DNA of 39,209 nt. It comes from a virus (taxonomy: Duplodnaviria > Caudoviricetes). The translations under genes were made by a program, and so were the position numbers. Shown in pieces: positions 26,811 through 35,850 of the stretch; positions within the stretch are counted from its first letter, which is position 1, and each line of letters begins with the position of its first letter. The DNA lies in IMG/VR virus record IMGVR_UViG_3300037722_000325, positions 1 to 39,209 of that record. The stretch is one strand, 5' to 3'. Below the pieces are notes generated by a model. It did no database searches, was not told the origin of the DNA, and saw only the letters and a list, made by a program, of their open reading frames with translations.

Positions 26811-27307
26811 GCACCGCCACACGCATGATGACGTTTGATCTCGCGTTCGATCGCCTGATGGGACACGAGGGCGGGTATACGCCGGGAGAGGGCGACCCGG
26901 GCGGAGAGACGAAGTGGGGAATCAGCAAGCGCAGCTATCCCGATCTCGACATCAAGAATCTGACCCGACTCGACGCCAAGGAAATCTACCGCCGCGACTT
27001 CTGGACCAGAATCAACGCCGACGATCTGCACGATGGCGCTGCTTTCCAGGCGTTCGACTTCGCGGTGAACTCGGGCATCGAAACCGCTGTGCGCCACCTG
27101 CAGCGCGCGCTTGGTGTGGCGGACGATGGACACTTCGGCCCGGTGAGCCGTGCCGCGGCCAAAGCGATGAGCGAGACAGACACCATCATGCGCCTGAACG
27201 CCGAACGGCTGGATTTCATGACGCGGCTTTCAGTGTGGCCCACGTTTGGACGCGGCTGGGCGCGGCGCATCGTCGGCAATCTCCGCTATGGGGCCGAGGA
27301 TTCGTGA
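26807..27307 (+). CDS. Endolysin, GH108 family with C-terminal peptidoglycan-binding region
   Basis: HEGGY..DPGGETKWGIS, FDFAVNSG and FGRGWARR. Confidence 0.92.
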   Translation: MSTATRMMTFDLAFDRLMGHEGGYTPGEGDPGGETKWGISKRSYPDLDIKNLTRLDAKEIYRRDFWTRINADDLHDGAAFQAFDFAVNSGIETAVRHLQRALGVADDGHFGPVSRAAAKAMSETDTIMRLNAERLDFMTRLSVWPTFGRGWARRIVGNLRYGAEDS

Positions 27308-27708
27308 TCCGCTACCGCGAGGGATACCGCTACCAGCTTGCCGAGGACTACGCGGTGGACGTTGGCATCAGGCCGGAGAAGATGCTGCGATCCGCGTTCC
27401 TGTCTCTTTCTCCTGCGGGCGTCCTAACCATTAAGCGGGGCTACGCCTGGGACGGACCGAGCGGGCCGGCAATCGACACCAAGAACTTCATGCGCGGCAG
27501 CCTAGTCCATGACGCCCTTTACCAGATGCTCCGCCAGCGCAAGATCGCCCCAGACTACCGCAAGGCCGCCGACAAGCTCTTGCAGGCGATCTGCCGCGAG
27601 GACGGCATGAGCGCGATCAGGGCGTGGTGGGTTTACGAGGGCGTGCGCTACGGTGGCGGGCTTGCTGCTGATCCTGATAACGACAACCCGATACTGGAGG
27701 CACCATGA
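27304..27708 (+). CDS. DUF1353-like protein
   Basis: GTGA-coupled; GYAWDGPS, SLVHDALYQ, AD..L and VY.GVR motifs. Confidence 0.75.
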   Translation: MIRYREGYRYQLAEDYAVDVGIRPEKMLRSAFLSLSPAGVLTIKRGYAWDGPSGPAIDTKNFMRGSLVHDALYQMLRQRKIAPDYRKAADKLLQAICREDGMSAIRAWWVYEGVRYGGGLAADPDNDNPILEAP

Positions 27709-27872
27709 GACTGTTTCTGATTCTGCCCCTCGCCCTGCTCGCCGCCTGCTCGGGGCTCGTCGGCTACGCGCCCGCGGTGTTCCCGTCGCTGGAATACTGC
27801 GATAGCATCGACTACACGCGGCGAGGAAATCAGGTCGAATTGAAGGCGCAATGCCGGGCGCCGGTGCGGTGA
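27705..27872 (+). CDS. Small lipoprotein (possible o-spanin or lysis accessory), 55 aa
   Basis: Not in the ORF track. GGAGG RBS; MRLFLILPLALLAAC lipobox; two further Cys. Confidence 0.7.
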   Translation: MRLFLILPLALLAACSGLVGYAPAVFPSLEYCDSIDYTRRGNQVELKAQCRAPVR

Positions 27873-28075
27873 CGCATACGGGCCTCAACCGCCCGCAACG
27901 CATGTACGCCTTCCTGCGCGCGATCTCGGAGGCCTCGCGCAAGTGCGGGGTCATCATCAAGGGCGCCCCGGAGTTGGAGTTCCGCGACAACGCGCAGGGC
28001 ATGTACTGCCTGAACCCCAACCAGGAGGGGCCGGAATTCGGGTGGCGGGAAACCGCTCAGAACGTGCCACGCTGA
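27869..28075 (+). CDS. Hypothetical protein
   Basis: GTGA overlap with the lipoprotein stop. Confidence 0.5.
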   Translation: MTHTGLNRPQRMYAFLRAISEASRKCGVIIKGAPELEFRDNAQGMYCLNPNQEGPEFGWRETAQNVPR

Positions 28076-28268
28076 TTCCGGGCGCCCTACCACCCGCAGG
28101 CCCGAAGCGCGCCCTGCCCCGCTCCAGACCCGCCCAGGAGCCGGATTTGCCCCATGCTGTCCCGCACTGTCGCGCCATCATCCCGCGTTCAGGCGATTTT
28201 GCGCCGTTTCCGCGCCAGCGCCTCATCGAACTCCAGCGATGGGTCGGCGAACAAGGAAAGGTGACTCC

Positions 28269-28379
28269 ATGAGGCGCGGACCCCCACGCTACCGATCGAC
28301 GATCACCGGGCGCTACGTGACCGAGCGATTCGCCAAGCGGCACCCGAAAACGACCGTGCGCGAGCAGTCCAAGCGCTGA
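28269..28379 (+). CDS. 36-aa basic microprotein (RS.ITGRYVT...A.RHPKTTV.E family)
   Basis: Not in the ORF track. AAGGAAAGG RBS; MRRGPPRYRSTITGRYVTERFAKRHPKTTVREQSKR. Confidence 0.7.
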   Translation: MRRGPPRYRSTITGRYVTERFAKRHPKTTVREQSKR

Positions 28380-29229
28380 ACGGCCCCACCAGCATTTCCC
28401 GCCACGTCACCGCCGACGCTTCCCCGGGCACCCCGGTTTCGGGAAACTCTCCGCGCGCCGGCCGGTAGTAGGTTCCGAACACGATGTCCCACAGCGGGAA
28501 GAACGCCGCGAAGTTCTTGTCCCGGTGGCCCGGCTCAATCGAGTGGTGTATCCGGTGAAGCTGCGGGCTGACCAGCAGCGGCGATAACGGCCCGAACCCG
28601 ATCCGCAGATTCGCGTGGATGAAGTGGCCAAACTGCGGCACGACGTAGGCGAGCCACGCGATCTGCACGGGCGTGAAGTTGAATACCAACCCCATGGGCA
28701 GCGTCACGATGAAGGCCCGCAGCGCATCTTCGAGCCAGTGGTGCCGGTAACTCGTGGCAACCGAAAGATGCGCGTCAGAATGATGCAGCTTGTGCTGCTC
28801 CCACAGAGCCGGCCATGCGTGCTGCAGCCGGTGAAACCAGTAGTACCCGAAGTCAATCACCAGCAGGCCCAGCATCGTGAACAGCACCGCGGCGCCCACG
28901 CTCGGCACGTATCCGACCGGAGAGGGCGGGGCATCGAGCCAGTAGGCGAATACTTGCATATTGAGCGTGACCGGCCAGAAAGTCGTCTGTAATCCCTGCA
29001 ACAGTTGGAACACGGCCACGGTCGGAACCACGGCGGCCGCTGGCGCGATCAGCTGGTAGGCGATGGAGCAGCGCAGGCTCACCAAGAAGCCGCGGGCGTT
29101 CGGTGGCCGGGCCGGGAACAGGCGCTCGAGCACGGCAAACGCTGCGAAGCCGCCCAGGACGATTTGCGCCAACAGCAGCAGCCGGTCCGGAGCATAGAGC
29201 GCGCCGATCTGGCGCAGGACGGCGTCCAC
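28303..29229 (-). CDS. Sterol desaturase / fatty acid hydroxylase family membrane enzyme
   Basis: His boxes YWFHRLQH, HKLHHS, HFIHAN and HRIHHS; DKNFAAFFPLWDIVFGTY; several TM helices. Confidence 0.92.
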   Translation of the reverse strand: MDAVLRQIGALYAPDRLLLLAQIVLGGFAAFAVLERLFPARPPNARGFLVSLRCSIAYQLIAPAAAVVPTVAVFQLLQGLQTTFWPVTLNMQVFAYWLDAPPSPVGYVPSVGAAVLFTMLGLLVIDFGYYWFHRLQHAWPALWEQHKLHHSDAHLSVATSYRHHWLEDALRAFIVTLPMGLVFNFTPVQIAWLAYVVPQFGHFIHANLRIGFGPLSPLLVSPQLHRIHHSIEPGHRDKNFAAFFPLWDIVFGTYYRPARGEFPETGVPGEASAVTWREMLVGPFSAWTARARSFSGAAWRIARSRSAR

Positions 29230-29239
29230 GGCCTACCTG

Positions 29240-29366
29240 GCCGGGAAGCGAAAAGCGGCGTTTTCTACAACGCCTTGTTTTTCTTTAAGTGCTCGTAGAC
29301 CGCGTAACTTTCTCACTATTATAAATCAGTTACTTACGGACTAAGTTCTAGGACAGTCCTACCCCA
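29240..29366. other. Probable attP region
   Basis: AT-rich non-coding tract directly downstream of int; IHF-like AATCAGTTACTTA at 29324-29336. The core cannot be identified without the host sequence. Confidence 0.55.
29257..29286 (+). terminator. Possible intrinsic terminator
   Basis: GGCGTT-ttctac-AACGCC followed by TTGTTTTTCTTT. Confidence 0.35.
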
Positions 29367-30311
29367 TTATCGCAGGGGTTTGACCACGTTTCCCCGGACG
29401 CGCCGGTAGATGCCGGCGGTCGTTATCTCGGTACGGTGCCCGAGGAGTTGCTGCGCCGTTTTGAGGTCCGGGGATTCCGTCGCTGCCTTGGCGCGCAGGT
29501 CGCGCAGCTGCCAGTCCGCCCCGGCGCGCACCCGGGAAAATCTCTTCCCGAGCTGCACGACGTTGAGCGGCTGGCCGTGTTCATCAGAAATCAGGTATAG
29601 GCTCGCGACGGCTCCCGGTGTAAGGATCCGCGCCACGACCGCGGCAAGGTCGCCCACGACCTCGATGCCCACCTTGGCGCCGGTCTTCGATTGCGTGACC
29701 CACAGGTGCCCGTCGCGGATGTCCTGGCGCGTCATGCGCAGCACGTCGGACGGGCGCTGGCCGGTGAGCAGCATCAAGTCCATGGCGTCACGCAGCGTCG
29801 GGTCCGCTCGCTCCCACACCGCCAGGTATTCGTCGTCGGTGACGTAGCGCGAGCGTGGACACTGCCGGTTGCGATCGACGCCCAGGCACGGGTTCGCCAG
29901 GTCGGTGAAACCCTTCTGCCGCGCCCAATTCCACAGGTGCGACAGGACCGAGACTTCCCTGTTCCCCGCCGTTTTCTTCGTGCGCCGGTCGAGGTACTGG
30001 CGCACGTGCATCGGGCGGATATCGTCGAGCGCGAAGCTGCCGAATGCAGTGATCAGCGTGTCGATATGGCGGTCATAGCCCAGGCGCGTTGCGGGCGACA
30101 CCTTGGGTAAATGGCCGGTGCGGTAGTCTTCAGCCGTGGCGGCGAACATCTTGACCCCCGAGTCGCCCCCGGTGTAGCGCTCGATCTCTCGCTTGGCTTC
30201 TTCGAGGGTGCCGACCTTGAGCGGGATCTGCCGGCCGTTCGCCTGGTAGTACCAGAGCGTCGAGCCGTTGCGCGCTTTCCTCGTTTTCAGGTGCTTCACA
30301 CCATGGCTCAC
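29367..30311 (-). CDS. int: Tyrosine integrase
   Basis: TGQRPSD (R), QSKTG (K), RDLRAKA, LLGH and IYRR (Y); GTG start overlaps the excisionase stop. Confidence 0.93.
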   Translation of the reverse strand: MSHGVKHLKTRKARNGSTLWYYQANGRQIPLKVGTLEEAKREIERYTGGDSGVKMFAATAEDYRTGHLPKVSPATRLGYDRHIDTLITAFGSFALDDIRPMHVRQYLDRRTKKTAGNREVSVLSHLWNWARQKGFTDLANPCLGVDRNRQCPRSRYVTDDEYLAVWERADPTLRDAMDLMLLTGQRPSDVLRMTRQDIRDGHLWVTQSKTGAKVGIEVVGDLAAVVARILTPGAVASLYLISDEHGQPLNVVQLGKRFSRVRAGADWQLRDLRAKAATESPDLKTAQQLLGHRTEITTAGIYRRVRGNVVKPLR

Positions 30312-30496
30312 TTGACGGCTCCGAGTGTGGGCGTGCGGCGGGTTTTCTCCGGGCGCAACACTACCACAACCTGCCCCTTGCCGTTTATCTCGTAATGGTA
30401 GCCGCGCCGGCGCAGCCACTCGCACTGTTTGGAACGCATTTTGTAGCCGGTGAAGGCCTGGACCGCCTCGCCGGTGAGGATCGTGGCTTCGTTCAT
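30308..30496 (-). CDS. Excisionase-like protein (DUF4224)
   Basis: LT...V..FTGYK..SKQCEWLRRRG pattern; directly upstream of int. Confidence 0.8.
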   Translation of the reverse strand: MNEATILTGEAVQAFTGYKMRSKQCEWLRRRGYHYEINGKGQVVVVLRPEKTRRTPTLGAVK

Positions 30497-30720
30497 CGCA
30501 CGGGCAGCAACAGGTGCCTGATCTCGGCAACCTCGGCTTCAAGCGCTTCGATCCTGGCGAGGAGCTCAGCCGTGCGGTGCGGTCTGTGGTGAAAACGCTG
30601 GCGGCAATTATTCCCGCAGAAACGCTGCCATTTGCGCCGTTTGACGAATTGGCTACCGCACTCCTCGCACGTGTCCTGCGTTTCTGATAACGCGTTATAC
30701 GCAAGCACAGGACTATCCAC
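30493..30720 (-). CDS. Zn-finger hypothetical protein
   Basis: CEECG..F.......FCGNNCR followed by a coiled coil. Confidence 0.65.
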   Translation of the reverse strand: MDSPVLAYNALSETQDTCEECGSQFVKRRKWQRFCGNNCRQRFHHRPHRTAELLARIEALEAEVAEIRHLLLPVR

Positions 30721-30994
30721 GGAGCGCTTCCTCACCCGTTTCTGCCGCCGCCCCGACCTTTGCCGCCGCAACCTTCACTTGGTGCAGCTTCTGCAGCGTC
30801 TCCAGCACGGCTTTCATGGCCCGGATCTCGAACTCGGCCCGGTCGCGGCTGATCTTTCCGGCGGCCGACCACTTGGGATAGACGGCCTCCCTTAGCCGGA
30901 TTTCTCTGGCCACGCACGTGATCTGTTCGGTCAGAGACACCGGCGCATGGAGGATGCCGGGCAGGCCGGCGTCGGGTTCGGTGGGGGCGGTCAT
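30713..30994 (-). CDS. Hypothetical phage protein
   Basis: CVAREIRLREAVYPKW..AGK..EIRAMKAV, a common phage small-protein pattern; coupled to neighbours. Confidence 0.7.
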   Translation of the reverse strand: MTAPTEPDAGLPGILHAPVSLTEQITCVAREIRLREAVYPKWSAAGKISRDRAEFEIRAMKAVLETLQKLHQVKVAAAKVGAAAETGEEALRG

Positions 30995-31329
30995 GTCCTT
31001 ACCTCAATCGAATCCGGGCATCCCGGGCACAGTTCCCATGGCGGAACGCAGTCGCGGCATTTCCCGCTACGTTTGATCTTGCCTCGCGCAATCGGAGCAT
31101 TCAGCCGGTCGAACTTGGTGCCATGGACTGAGTTCGCATAGCCGCTTTCCATCGTGCTCTCGAAGCGCTCACCCGTTGCCTTCACCTGCTGCCAGCGGCG
31201 CTTGCTGCAAGAATCCCAATGGACGGTTACGCCGTCCGCGTTGAAACATTGCCACTGCTGGCGCCCCTTGTCGTTCGTGACCTTCTTCCAGATCACGTCG
31301 GCGCCGCATTGCTTGCAGGCGGTCGTCAT
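30991..31329 (-). CDS. Cys-rich hypothetical protein
   Basis: CKQCG..H..SC and CRDC..CPGC metal-binding motifs. Confidence 0.6.
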   Translation of the reverse strand: MTTACKQCGADVIWKKVTNDKGRQQWQCFNADGVTVHWDSCSKRRWQQVKATGERFESTMESGYANSVHGTKFDRLNAPIARGKIKRSGKCRDCVPPWELCPGCPDSIEVRT

Positions 31330-31390
31330 GCGGGGAAGGGCCACGTACCTGGAATCGTGAGCATGCTCGCGGGCCGGGATTGCGGCCCGT

Positions 31391-31729
31391 CTACTTTTCC
31401 GAGGCGCCGCCCCCGGGGATCTCGCCCACCATCTCAAAGATCGTGGACTGCTGATCGATCATCCGGTGGTGATCGGCGAAGTTTCCGCTTGCTGAGGCGC
31501 GCACCAGGCGCTTCAGGCTCGCCGCGTTGCAATTGCCGCGCTCGGCGACCGCCTGCACCACGTCATTGAATACGCCGCGCGCCGCTTCGAGTTTTTTGTA
31601 GGCGAGCATCATTTCAGCGCAGCCCTTTTTGATGGTCGGAAAGTTCGGGATTTCTTCGGTGCCGTCGCGATCCTTGCGGCCGGTCGAGCGGCGTTGCGTA
31701 CCGGGTAGCTGCTCTTGCGTGCCTTGCAT
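31391..31729 (-). CDS. Possible GapR/DsbA-like dsDNA-binding protein
   Basis: AAGGAG RBS; helical pattern FNDVVQAVAERGN...SLKRLVR...IFEMV. Confidence 0.45.
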   Translation of the reverse strand: MQGTQEQLPGTQRRSTGRKDRDGTEEIPNFPTIKKGCAEMMLAYKKLEAARGVFNDVVQAVAERGNCNAASLKRLVRASASGNFADHHRMIDQQSTIFEMVGEIPGGGASEK

Positions 31730-31764
31730 GGTGGTGCTCCTTTGAAGTGGGGAAAAGTGGGAAG

Positions 31765-32370
31765 TTACGCGATCATCCGCACAGGCAGCGCCTTACCGGT
31801 CTTCGGGCAAGTGATCGGTGCATTGGACTGGACCTTGTCGAGCAGCTGCTTCGTGAGGCGCACATCGTTCAGGCAGTAGTCGATGACGTTGCCGATCATC
31901 CCGCGCTGCCAGAAGATCGGGGCCTTCGCGCCGTCGCCGGTCTTCTTCGTGCCGAAGTTGCGCTCGCACACCGCGTCCAGCCCGTAGCCGCCGTGGGTCT
32001 TGTAGTTAAACGCGGGACTGAGCCCTGCGGCGCGCCAGATTTCGACGAGCAGGTCGTAGGACTTCGCCTGCCAGCCCACCGGGAGCTTGCACACTGGTGC
32101 CCAGCAAGCGGCGATCACCGCGTTATCGAAGGCCACGCTGTTGAAGCCGACGATCTTATCAGCCTTGTCCAAGGCTTCCGAGAATTCGTGCATGTTGTCC
32201 TCGCAAAAAACGCGGTATCGGTCCTCCGCGTAGTCATAGGCACCGATGCAGCTTATGCCCATGTTGGCGTGATCGTGCCAGCCGGCGCAGTACTCGTAAC
32301 CGGCCAGAGCTTCCTCGCCTTTGCCTAGGATGCCCTTCTTAATCTCGATGTCGTAGATGAGCGCTCTCAT
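31765..32370 (-). CDS. DEDD / RNase H-like 3'-5' exonuclease
   Basis: YDIE, GFNSVAFD and YCLNDV Exo I-III motifs. Confidence 0.85.
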   Translation of the reverse strand: MRALIYDIEIKKGILGKGEEALAGYEYCAGWHDHANMGISCIGAYDYAEDRYRVFCEDNMHEFSEALDKADKIVGFNSVAFDNAVIAACWAPVCKLPVGWQAKSYDLLVEIWRAAGLSPAFNYKTHGGYGLDAVCERNFGTKKTGDGAKAPIFWQRGMIGNVIDYCLNDVRLTKQLLDKVQSNAPITCPKTGKALPVRMIA

Positions 32371-33488
32371 GCCGCTTTCTCCGTCGACGCTGTCTTGCCG
32401 AGGTAGGCATCGATCGCGTTGACCACGCCTTTGAATTCCTTGCGGTGTCCGAATCGCTTGACGAAAGTTTCGAGCATCGATCGCCCGTCGAGTAATTCGT
32501 TTTGCTGGCGCGCAAGCTCACGTTGCGCGGCTTCCTCGGCTTCGCGGGATTTGCGCTGTTGTTCCGCCTGCGCGCGGGCTTGGGCTTCAAGTGCTTCCCG
32601 TTCGGCACGCAGTCGATCCTCTTCCGCCTGCCTGATCTGCCGCTGGCGATCTTCCTCCGCGCGGCGCTCTGCCTCTTCCTTGTCACGAATGGCCTTGAGG
32701 CGCGCTTCCTCGGCGTCCCGTTCTGCTTTGGCCTTCGATTCAGCAGCCTCGCGTACCTTGCGCGCTTGTTCCTCCGATGCCCGGCGCTCGGCGTCGATCC
32801 GATCGCGTTCAACCTTCAGCCGGGCCTCTTCATCCTCGCGCGCCTTACGGGACTTCGCTTCCTCGGCTTCGCGAGCGACACGCGCAACCCTATCCGCCTC
32901 TTCCCGTGCTGCACGGGCCTTGCGCTCTTCTTCTTCCTGCGCGAGCCTCGCCTGGCGCTGCTCCTCCTCGATCCGTTGCCGCGCGGCGCGCTCTTCTTCC
33001 TCGATCTTCAACCGGGCCTGCCGCTCTGCTTCCTCGCGCTCGCGTTGAGCCTTTGCCAGTTCCGCTCGCTGACGTTGGATCTCGGCGCGTTCAGCGGCAA
33101 GCGCTTTTTCTTCGGCCTCCTTCTTCGCGCGTTCCTCGGCGGCAATGCGCTCGGCCTCGGCGCGGGCGGCGGCGTTGCGCTCATCCTCCTTGCGCTGTTG
33201 CTCTTTCGTGATCTGCGCGTCGATCGGGTCCTCGAGCGCTGAGAGTTCAGCGGTAATGCGCCGGGCCTCGGTGTCGATCAACTGGCAGCGTTCCAAGGCT
33301 GGGGCCTTGATCTCCTTGCGCGTCTTTTCGAGGGAGACGCGAAGGGTCCGCAGTTCCGCGCGCCCGGTAACAGCGGTCTTCATCCCCTCGCGCGTGGTGA
33401 CATCGAACACCACGCCCTTGTAACGCTGCGCGAGATCAGCGAGCGCCGCCTCGGTCTTGGAGTACTCAACAATCGCTGTAGTCATCAT
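32367..33488 (-). CDS. Long coiled-coil protein of the recombination module
   Basis: GAGGAG RBS; LEKTRKEIKAP..ID.EA.RI motif followed by an E/R/A-rich coiled coil. Confidence 0.75.
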   Translation of the reverse strand: MMTTAIVEYSKTEAALADLAQRYKGVVFDVTTREGMKTAVTGRAELRTLRVSLEKTRKEIKAPALERCQLIDTEARRITAELSALEDPIDAQITKEQQRKEDERNAAARAEAERIAAEERAKKEAEEKALAAERAEIQRQRAELAKAQREREEAERQARLKIEEEERAARQRIEEEQRQARLAQEEEERKARAAREEADRVARVAREAEEAKSRKAREDEEARLKVERDRIDAERRASEEQARKVREAAESKAKAERDAEEARLKAIRDKEEAERRAEEDRQRQIRQAEEDRLRAEREALEAQARAQAEQQRKSREAEEAAQRELARQQNELLDGRSMLETFVKRFGHRKEFKGVVNAIDAYLGKTASTEKAA

Positions 33489-33578
33489 CGCTCCTCAAAT
33501 AGTCGCCGGGGATATCCCGCCCCGGCGCGGGCTTCGCGGGCGTCTCCATCATGGACACACGGGCCGGTGTCCGGTCGG

Positions 33579-34667
33579 CTACTGCTTCCCGTCGATATCC
33601 GCAGCGGCATTCGAGATCAGTTGATCAGCTTCGGCCTTGTCGCCACCAGTCAAGTCCTTGGCCTCGAAGCGGGCATCGTCCAGGCGCACGTACGCGAGCG
33701 CCTTATCGGCCATGGCGGTGGCGTCCGCGCAGATCCGGCGCACGCTGTCGAGAGGGAATTCAATCTCGCCGGTTTGTTTGTTAACGCCTGCCGTGGATTT
33801 GCCGACCTGCGCTCTTTCGCGCTCCTGCTGGATCGAGTCCAGCGGTGCGGCTTCACCGCCGGCATGCTCCGGCAGAGCTTCGAGCCCTGCGCCTTCATCG
33901 ATCTCAACAAACTGCCCAGCGATCACCGCCTTGTTGCCGGAGTTCACGGCATCGTCCACCGTGAGCGCATTGGCGAATTCGATACTTTGCGGCAAGTAGT
34001 TCGACATGCGCCTGATCACCGTCTTGCGGCGCATCTGGTCGGTGTCAGTCACCCATGGCCCGGATTCGGCGGCTTGGCTGCGCGCACGGATCGCCCGGAT
34101 TTCAACCTCCGGCATCCATTCGAAGTGATAACCACCGTCCTTGAATCGTGCGACGCCATAGGTGAGCCTCGGCAAACCGCGGTCGCCTTCGAGGTAGGGT
34201 TCGTGCTCAACCGACGTGTTGATGCCGAGCTTGAGGGCGAACTTGTCTTTTTCGTAGACGATGTGCGTCTCCACCGAGAGCACTTCACCGGAGCGGCGCG
34301 CGAGCGCGATCAAGCCCTTGTAGCCGGGAATGAACTGTGCATCCAGGCGCTTCTGCTTCTTGTTCCAGTACGGCACCAGCCACGCCTGACCTTGCACGCC
34401 GATCTCTAGCCCGAGCTGCGCTGCCGTCATCAATCCGGAGGCGACCGATTCCGGCGAGCATTCGAGCAGCTTCGGATTGCGCCGCGCCTCCTGCCAGAAA
34501 AGCCGGGTCAGGCGCTCCGGGGTCAGATACTTCTGCATCGTTGCCGGGATCGAGACGGCGATCTGCTTCTGAATGCCGTCGATCTTGAGTTTGATCTGGT
34601 CCATCGGCTTCATGGATTTGCCGTCAGTGGCTGCGGCCTTTAGCGCTGTAGTGCTCATGGTACTCAT
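33579..34667 (-). CDS. recT: RecT-family single-strand annealing protein
   Basis: AAQLGLE..GQAWLVPY, GYKGLIALARRSG and GPWVTD..M.RKTVIRR. Confidence 0.93.
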   Translation of the reverse strand: MSTMSTTALKAAATDGKSMKPMDQIKLKIDGIQKQIAVSIPATMQKYLTPERLTRLFWQEARRNPKLLECSPESVASGLMTAAQLGLEIGVQGQAWLVPYWNKKQKRLDAQFIPGYKGLIALARRSGEVLSVETHIVYEKDKFALKLGINTSVEHEPYLEGDRGLPRLTYGVARFKDGGYHFEWMPEVEIRAIRARSQAAESGPWVTDTDQMRRKTVIRRMSNYLPQSIEFANALTVDDAVNSGNKAVIAGQFVEIDEGAGLEALPEHAGGEAAPLDSIQQERERAQVGKSTAGVNKQTGEIEFPLDSVRRICADATAMADKALAYVRLDDARFEAKDLTGGDKAEADQLISNAAADIDGKQ

Positions 34668-35716
34668 GCTCCTTTCGGTTTGGAAAAACGAATTGATCTA
34701 AACCAAGTGGTGCGGCTGTACTGCGCGGCGATCGCGGCCTGCTCAGCCCGCAACCGCCCGACGTCGATGCTGGCGCGGCTTTGCTTCTTCCATGTTGCGA
34801 ACGGCGCGCCGCCGGCAGTGATGATGGCGTTATCGCCCGCCTCGGCCGGAGCGTCGCAGGGAATGCCCCATTGCTGCCGAATGGCATCGGCGATCTGGAA
34901 CGTCAGTTCATCCTTCTCGCGCTCCATCGTCGTCATGCTGGCGCGAATGCGGCGAAGGTTCATTAGCGCGTCGAGCATCGGCTCATCCGCTTCGACCGGG
35001 CGCCCGTTGACCTTGGCGAACAGGCGCATCATGTCTTCCATGTTGATCGGGTCCGGCGGCACGTGGGCGAGTACGTGATGCGTCCAGAAGTGCAGCGCCT
35101 TGGCGCGCATGCCGTCGATGGTGTCAGCGTCCGGCATGATCGGGAAGGCGAGCAGGTTGTCCAGCCCGAAGAGTGCCGCGCACAATGCCCCGGGCCGACG
35201 CTTCACGCCCAAGCCCCACATCAATTGACAGGCGTAGTGGACGGGCACATTCTCAGAACCCTGTTCGCCCCAAGCAGCAGCGGCGAACGGATGCACGGTC
35301 TTGATCTCCCCGTTGATCGTCTCGCCGTCTGGGATCGCGGCGAAGTCCTCACGTTCTGGGAAATGCTCGCGCACTGTTGGTGTCATCAGGAACTCGAAGT
35401 CGATCTCGGCGGCGAAGAATGGATATTCCGGGTCGATGTAGCGGTTCGGGTTCGCGTCGAGAGACAGGCGCGTGACCTCGATCCCATATTCGTCGGCGAG
35501 CATTTCAGCGACGACCGGCTCCTGGCGTTTGCGGCGGGCAAAGAACTTGAGGCGCGCTGCCGGCAACGGCTCCGGTGGCGTCGTGGCGATCTTTTGCTCG
35601 TATAACTGGAGCGGTGTCTGCCACGGTGACAGACCCATGATCGCGGCGACGTCGGACCCGCCGATGAACTTGCGCCGATCGACTGCGGGCGCGGGGAACG
35701 TTGCTAGATCGTTCAT
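34664..35716 (-). CDS. YqaJ-family viral recombinase exonuclease
   Basis: RRKFIGGSDVAAIMGLSPWQTP, AEID, EIKT and VPVHYACQ. Confidence 0.9.
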   Translation of the reverse strand: MNDLATFPAPAVDRRKFIGGSDVAAIMGLSPWQTPLQLYEQKIATTPPEPLPAARLKFFARRKRQEPVVAEMLADEYGIEVTRLSLDANPNRYIDPEYPFFAAEIDFEFLMTPTVREHFPEREDFAAIPDGETINGEIKTVHPFAAAAWGEQGSENVPVHYACQLMWGLGVKRRPGALCAALFGLDNLLAFPIMPDADTIDGMRAKALHFWTHHVLAHVPPDPINMEDMMRLFAKVNGRPVEADEPMLDALMNLRRIRASMTTMEREKDELTFQIADAIRQQWGIPCDAPAEAGDNAIITAGGAPFATWKKQSRASIDVGRLRAEQAAIAAQYSRTTWFRSIRFSKPKGA

Positions 35717-35850
35717 GCCGATCTCCATTTGGACGGCGCGCCGTCGAGCACCCAGCCCGAGTGCGCGCGCAGCCAACGCACGGCCAGCACCCACTTCGCG
35801 GCAAGGCGCCGGTCCGCGTAGAGCTTGCGGGCGCGAGTGGTCAGGCTCAC
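35713..35850 (-). CDS. 45-aa hypothetical protein
   Basis: Not in the ORF track. MSLTTRARKLYADRRLAAKWVLAVRWLRAHSGWVLDGAPSKWRSA is coupled to both neighbours by GTGA and ATGA overlaps. Confidence 0.6.
   Translation of the reverse strand: MSLTTRARKLYADRRLAAKWVLAVRWLRAHSGWVLDGAPSKWRSA

Noticed and set aside
22500-29366. Diversity-generating retroelement as in BPP-1
   Set aside because: No reverse transcriptase ORF and no TR/VR pair differing at adenines was seen; the fibre repeats are diverged protein-level duplications.
29480-29510. Integrase inactive because HxxR reads RDLR
   Set aside because: R in place of H occurs in this integrase subfamily, and the other catalytic residues are intact.
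29367-30704. 445-aa integrase as given in the ORF track
   Set aside because: The 5' extension overlaps the excisionase and Zn-finger genes; the coupled GTG at 30311 is the more plausible start.
32419-33242. Repetitive plus-strand ORFs and apparent repeats
   Set aside because: They are the antisense reflection of the E/R/A-rich coiled-coil gene.
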